Source of the DNA: Eledone cirrhosa
Taxonomy: Eukaryota
Direction of reading: 5' to 3'
Assembly (NCBI GenBank): GCA_964016885.1
Contig: OZ024753.1
Coordinates: 34,720,001-34,784,000 of the forward strand
DNA length: 64,000 nucleotides
The position numbers were made by a program, and so were the translations under genes. This document shows, one piece after another, positions 1 to 64,000 of this stretch. The notes beneath the pieces are model-generated. The model was not told the DNA's origin, did not search any database, and saw only the letters and a program-made list of their open reading frames with translations. The stretch's first letter is position 1; every line of letters starts with the position of its first letter.

Positions 1-1314
1 ATTTATGCTCCTTTAAGAATCAACAAATGTTGGTTTGTCCCCTTCACATTTTAAAGGCAAACGAGGTCCCTGGGTGTAATTGTAGTATCTTGTCTGAAAA
101 AGAAAACTGTGTTAGGCCGTTCGGCTCATGATCGTAAATTTGTCAGTTTGATTCCACGCTGTGCTTTTTTATCTTTGAGCAAGATATTTCACTTTTATTT
201 CCTGTTTCACTAGCAGTGGTAAATTGGTCGTATCTGCTAGTAAGTATGTATGCCTGAAAGAAATAAAGTTTGTGCGTGTGTGTGTGTATATATATATATA
301 TATACAGTGGCGGATTGGGTCTAAAAATATTGGTTGCCAGGAAGAATGCTATTATTTAATTTTTATAACGAATAAACAACATTTTCAAAAATTACATAAA
401 TGGAAACAAAAACGTGCAATCAAATTTCTGCGGAGAAAAATGTATACTTTTTCTTTTTTACTGGCAGTATACAATGTAAATACAGAATATTATATATAAT
501 TAAATTTTTTAAATAATTGTGAATGTAATAAGTATACTGTTATTTTGAAAAAACCAAACTGAAAATAAATTCCTATGTTTTCTTGTAAAAATCACGGCAA
601 TGCAGTCAATACAGATTTTGTTTGCTCTTCTACTGAAACCTTTTTTACACCCATTTTTGCGATTAAGTAAAGACGGAGTTATCGTTCTTGAGATTTCGGG
701 CTGGAGAATTTTAAGGAACTGATGTCGCTAAATCGTCAAAGTATTTACCTGCACTGTTGCATCATGGGTGGGTAATGGCTGAATTTCATTTTTTAAATGA
801 CGGCAACTTTTTTTTTTATTTCTTTCTCGACATCTTGTTTCTTGTTTAATGTCAATAAATAAATAAAACAATTAATTTACTACCCACCTCTCTTTAATCT
901 GAACATCAAATTACCGTGGGGGCAATGAAGGGTAAAACGCCTGTGTGCGTGTGTGTATGCTTATGTGTGTATGCGTATGCATACGTGTGTGGTTAGGGTA
1001 TTTTGGATGATTGTCATAAAGTTGTATTTTTGATTGCAGGTGGAACCTTGTATCCTTGAGCAAGATTCTTTTTATTTCGTGTTACTGCAGCTATGCTCAG
1101 TTGTAAAAAAAAGTACATATAAATGTACCAGTAATTCAAAGGGCCAGCTTTGTCAGAGACTGTGTCATGCTGAATCTCCGCGAGAATTACATTAGTGGTA
1201 CACGTGTCTGCAGAATGCTCAACAACCTACATGTTAATTTCATGAGCAGGCTATTCCGTTGATCAAACAACTGGAACACTCACCCTATGAACCAACGGAC
1301 GTTGAGTAACAATA

Positions 1315-2097
1315 TCATCATCATCGTCATTATCATCCAACAGCCTCAGCCGAAATTGACTCAATAATTGACCTCCTCGTGGATGTCGTTCATTGCCATT
1401 GCCAAATCTTGGATTTCAATACCAGAATCTCGAGAGATGACATCAGGATGGGAGAGCTTGCAGCTCCCTGTTATTAGTGACTGTTTGTGGTTTCCAAAGC
1501 ACTAATGGGGACACATCCTCAAAGGTGGCATGATGGCAGTAACCAGCAAATTGGGATAGGAGAGCTTGCAGCTCCCTGTTATTAGTGACTGTTTGTGGTT
1601 TCCAAAGTACTAATGGGGACACATCCTCAAAGGTGGCATGATGGCAGTAACCAGCAAATTGGGATAGGAGAGCTTGCAGCTCCCTGTTATTAGTGACTGT
1701 TTGTGGTTTCCAAAGTACTAATGGGGACACATCCTCAAAGGTGGCATGATGGCAGTAACCAGCAAATTGGGATAGGAGAGCTTGCAGCTCCCTGTTATTA
1801 GTGACTGTTTGTGGTTTCCAAAGTACTAATGGGGACACAGCCTCAAAGGTGGCATAATGGCAGTAACCAGCAAATTGGGATAGGAGAGCTTGCACCCCCC
1901 TGTTATTAGTGACTGTTTGTGGTTTCCTAAGCACTAATGGGGACACAGCCTCAAAGGTGGCATGATGGCAGTAACCAGCAAATCGGGATAGGAGAGCTTG
2001 CACCCCCCTGTTATTAGTGACTGTTTATGGTTTCCTAAGCACTAATGGGGACACAACCTCAGAGGTGGCACGATAGCAATGGCCTGCAAATCTTACT
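1315..2097 (-). mobile_element. 3' remnant of a non-LTR retrotransposon with an internal 108-bp tandem expansion (~6 copies, 1453-2090)
   Basis: Minus strand reads VRFAGHCYRATSEVVSPLVL..KP, then PDVISRDSGIEIQDLAMAM, then a (GAT)n tail, resembling LINE C-termini. Repeat period is 108 nt (1561 to 1669). Confidence 0.7.
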
Positions 2098-2935
2098 CTC
2101 CTTTTACATACAATGACAGATATGCATGGGAGAGGCCAGCATATATTTCTTTCAAAGTCAGATGATACAATGGTATGTATGCATGCTTGAAAGAGACAAA
2201 GTGTGTGAATGTCGAGAGATGGGTGATTACAAAAGTGCAGCCATTTTGTCGAGACAGTATAGTTCTAGAAAACATTCTAGATATGAATGCAATCATAATA
2301 GAGAGATATAGAAAAAGATATTTTTAATAAATAACTTATTTACACTGATGATGACGATAAGAGAGAGAGGGGAGAAGAGTGAGAGAGAGAGAGAGATATT
2401 TGAGATGTGAGAAAATGAAATGAAAAGAAAATACTGTGATGACAATAATAAAGATGAATGCGATATTATTGTGGTGAGGTGTGTTTTAATTTCAGAAGAA
2501 AAAGACTCCAGTGATTTGTGTGAAAGAAAAAGAAAGAAAGAAAGGAAAAAGGAAAAGAAAGAAAAAATAGAATAAAGAGAAAGAAAGACGGATATATGGT
2601 GTTGTGAGATAGAATATGTAAATTTAAAACGATTTCATGCAACATTTTTTTTGTTCACTCTTCCATATATTTGAGCTAAAACAGCAGCAGCAGTATTATC
2701 AACATTAATCTTCATTATCACCCAGTTCTAACATGATCTAATACAGCATCAGCATCAGTATCAGCAACATTGTACATACCGTTCTTCCAAACATCATAAA
2801 ATATATGATTTTATAAATAAATCATAGATATTATTCAGCAAGTCTGTGAATGAGAGTCAATGTATTTATTCATTCATAACCCACGTTGTATTGGAACTCT
2901 AGTCATTATTTTGAGGCTAACAACTTTTTTAAAGT

Positions 2936-3226
2936 GGCTTGGCAGTATCGATAGTGGGTCGAACGCCATGCTTTGCAGCAAAGAGTTACGGCCCTTTATG
3001 GTCTAAGTTAACTTTGCCTTTCATCCTTACGGGTTCGATAAAATAAAGTACCAGTACATTACTGGGTAATTGCTGGCCTTGTGTCAAAAGTAGAAACAAT
3101 TATTATTAACCAATCCCGCCGAGGTTGACTTTACCTTTCATCCTTACGGGGTCGATAAAATAAAGTACCAGTAATGCACTGGGTAATTGCTGGCCTTGTG
3201 CCTAAAGTAGAAACAATTATTATTAA
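2936..3226 (+). mobile_element. SINE family 2 (tRNA-like head plus GCCTTTCATCCTTACGGGGTCGATAAAATAAAGTACCAG core), with duplicated 3' half
   Basis: The same sequence recurs on the minus strand at ~39545-39735, 40430-40790, 46470-46740, 47010-47170, 60900-61785 and 62440-62635, and in degenerate form at ~10590-10730, 14280-14420, 26745-27040 and 37215-37320. B-box GAGTTCAAATCC is intact in several copies. Confidence 0.8.
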
Positions 3227-5129
3227 CCACCTCATGTGATACATCATAGAGAGGGTGGCTAAAAAAACCTGGCACAGATGGGGCTCTGATGAACTTAGAT
3301 CAATCAAAAGTTTCAATAAAGTCGATTATTGCTACCTCATGGCAGTCTACAAAGCAGCTGGTTTCAGGCCTGTTTTCAGGGCTAGATCGTTGCAATGGAC
3401 AGCGACACCTGTTCTGTAATTTGAGTGAATGGTCCGCTTTCAGAACCCTTCAATATCATTGCACTCTGTCCATCAAGGTCATCTCCAGTTTTGATCAACT
3501 GCTAAACCATTAACTAATCCAGCACTTTGTACTCTGAGTTTAAATTCCGCTTTGGGATTCCAATCCTACTAATGGCTATGGCTAATTACCCAACAAGACC
3601 CCACCCCAACTGCATATGAAAACTGCATTGAGCAGGGTCAGATTGTGACTGTCAGCCACAAAATATCCACCAGCATTTATCCCAAACCCTTTCTCAAACA
3701 CAGAGTCGAAAATTTCTGTCCTTTTTGTTTTGCTATCATCTCACATGTATTTCACCAAAAGACTAGTCATCCGATCTGCTGCATAAACTGGCAACACAAG
3801 TGCAGTATCACCTTATTGCATGAAACTGCACTGCCAACAAGGTGGTTGACCATGTATATATGTGTGTGTGTGTGGCTGAGTGGTTAGAGAATTGGATTCG
3901 CAATCTTGAGGTTGTGAGTTCGATTCCTGGACCGGGCGGTGTGTTATGTCCTTGGGCAAGACCAATATAATATAAAGTATTAGCAATTGAAAAGACCAAT
4001 GGAAACATTGTTTCCTCGGTCCGATTTGATGAAAGTCGATTGATTGTCAATATATCTACACACACACATGACAAGGCGTTCTTAGTTACCTCACAAGACA
4101 TTGGTTAACTTCAGACTACAGTAGAAGTCACTTGTCAAAGTTGTCATTCAGGCAGTGGGATTAAAACCAATTCCATATGGCTGTGAAACGACCTCTTTAA
4201 TGACCACGCTAATTATAATTTCATAAAAAAAGTAACAAATAATGAAATGATAAAAATATTTAAAACATAAATCAATTTTATTCAATCATTTTTTTTTCTT
4301 TTGTTCACAAAAAAATGTAAAGCTTAATTTTATTTTCTTCTGTTAAAAACATTTTTTAATTAATTAATTTAAAATTTTTTTATGCCTTTCATAATTCCTA
4401 ATTTGGTATTTGTACATCCAGTCCATAATTATTTACTTAATCATTTTTATTTGTTTTATAATCAGTTCTTTCCAGTTGGATGATCCTGCACCCACCCACT
4501 CAAAAGAAAATATTCTTAAAATATCTAAATATCTGAGTTTTGAAAGACAAATATAACAAAGATAAATTAAGTTAAAATATATTTAAATTTTAAATTGAAA
4601 TCTAAATAAAAAATTAAACAAACATAATATGCTTCAAATTATTATTTCCACCAAACAGGATTTAAAAAAAATAAAATAAAATAAAAATAAAAAATAATAA
4701 AGAACTGTAATAATACATAAAATAAAATAGGATAAAATACTATAAAATACAAAAAAAAAACTATAAAAAATAACCGGATATTTTTCAATTTTTGAGAAGA
4801 GAGTCGCTTGGATGAAACAATGTTGAATGGACCAAATGTAAAGGAATAGAGGGAAGGTTGTGGGGTGCAGCTCCTTGGTTTAAAGGGCAAGGATCTGTAG
4901 GTATATAAAACAAAGAATTACCGAAACCTAACTTAGAAATATATTTTTTACAAGGATTCAACACCACCCAATTCTCGATTACTTCTTTTTCAGATGTCTT
5001 CACCATGGGATATAACATGATGATGATGATGATGATTGATTATCATCATCATCATCATCGTCGTTTGACTGCAGTGGCAGACAGCCACTCATTGCAGTCT
5101 TCATAATCGATACATACAAGCATATATAT

Positions 5130-8600
<3,471 letters not shown>

Positions 8601-9226
8601 ACACTTGAAACAATCTTTGAAAATTCGCAGTTATTTTGTATACAAAATACTATTTACATATATGAGTCAAACAGAGATCTTTTAAATATATATATAAAGT
8701 CTATTATAAATTACATGTATCATCAGTGGAAATCCACAAGGAAGATATAATTTTTTGCTTACAACGAGCTGTGCTGGCTTAGTCATCTGCATATAGAAGC
8801 ATACAGCTTATGTTTGGAAACTGAAGACAAGGTAAGCACCAACGAGCCACCTGGAGTTTCACAAGTATAGCCATAACAACATCATGGCCATTTTAGAATG
8901 ACTTCCAAGGAGCTCTTAAGTATTTCATAAATATTCCCAAGGAGCTGCAAATATATTTTTACTATAAGCCCCCAAGCATTCACAAAGTTTCCTTATGGTA
9001 CCCCCAAACATCAAATAGAATTTTCTCTATGACCTTCAAACATCCCCAAGGAAGTTTTCACCATGATCACTGTAAGAAGTTTTACAATGATCGCCCAAGG
9101 AGCTGCAGTAAATTTCATAATGAGCACCTAGCAATTGTAAGGAGTTTCATATTGACTGCCAAATAGCTTTAAGGGGTTTACAAGTAGGTTTTCCAAAATT
9201 TGTGGGTCTTAAAATGAAGATGGTTT

Positions 9227-63765
<54,539 letters not shown>

Positions 63766-64000
63766 CTGAAGAAGAAAAATAGATAAAACTTCAAATAATT
63801 GCAGCTTATATTAGTGATTTCTATTCATTTAAAGAATTCCTTTCTATTTTAATTAACCCTTTTGTTACTATATTTCTAATCAAGGACATAATCTTTTGGA
63901 AATAATCAAGAATTTGGTGGGATTCTGTAATATAATTTTCTCATTATTAAGCTGGTGTTTGAAACACAACTTAAAGGCTCTACACACTATTATAATAGAA

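Noticed and set aside
304-940. CAGTGGCGGATT start resembling a hAT-type terminus (similar hint at ~62769)
   Set aside because: I could not find a matching second TIR or a target-site duplication

Overview
Eukaryotic, AT-rich, microsatellite-dense animal DNA. The repeat families suggest a coleoid cephalopod such as Octopus (inference). One gene dominates the window: the 3' part of a neurobeachin-like BEACH-domain gene (NBEAL1/NBEAL2-like; PH-BEACH-WD40) on the minus strand. I traced 29 GT-AG coding exons by hand from 63765 to the stop codon at 9227. Splice phases are consistent throughout and give 4362 nt (1453 aa plus stop); the 5' exons lie beyond the window. The introns hold RTE-clade LINE fragments (one with a near-complete RT that carries a C4HC3 PHD-like finger), CR1-like LINE ends, two tRNA-derived SINE families, a Penelope-like GIY-YIG remnant, TTAA-flanked piggyBac-type MITEs, several minisatellites (mostly grown inside transposons) and an ~11 kb satellite. 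The least obvious signal is a set of type I hammerhead-ribozyme motifs from several unrelated sequence families. They sit in (TA)n-flanked islets within the introns, some in pre-mRNA sense and some in fold-back pairs. No CRISPR, rRNA or genuine tRNA genes were found. Most ORF-track entries are microsatellite or antisense artefacts.
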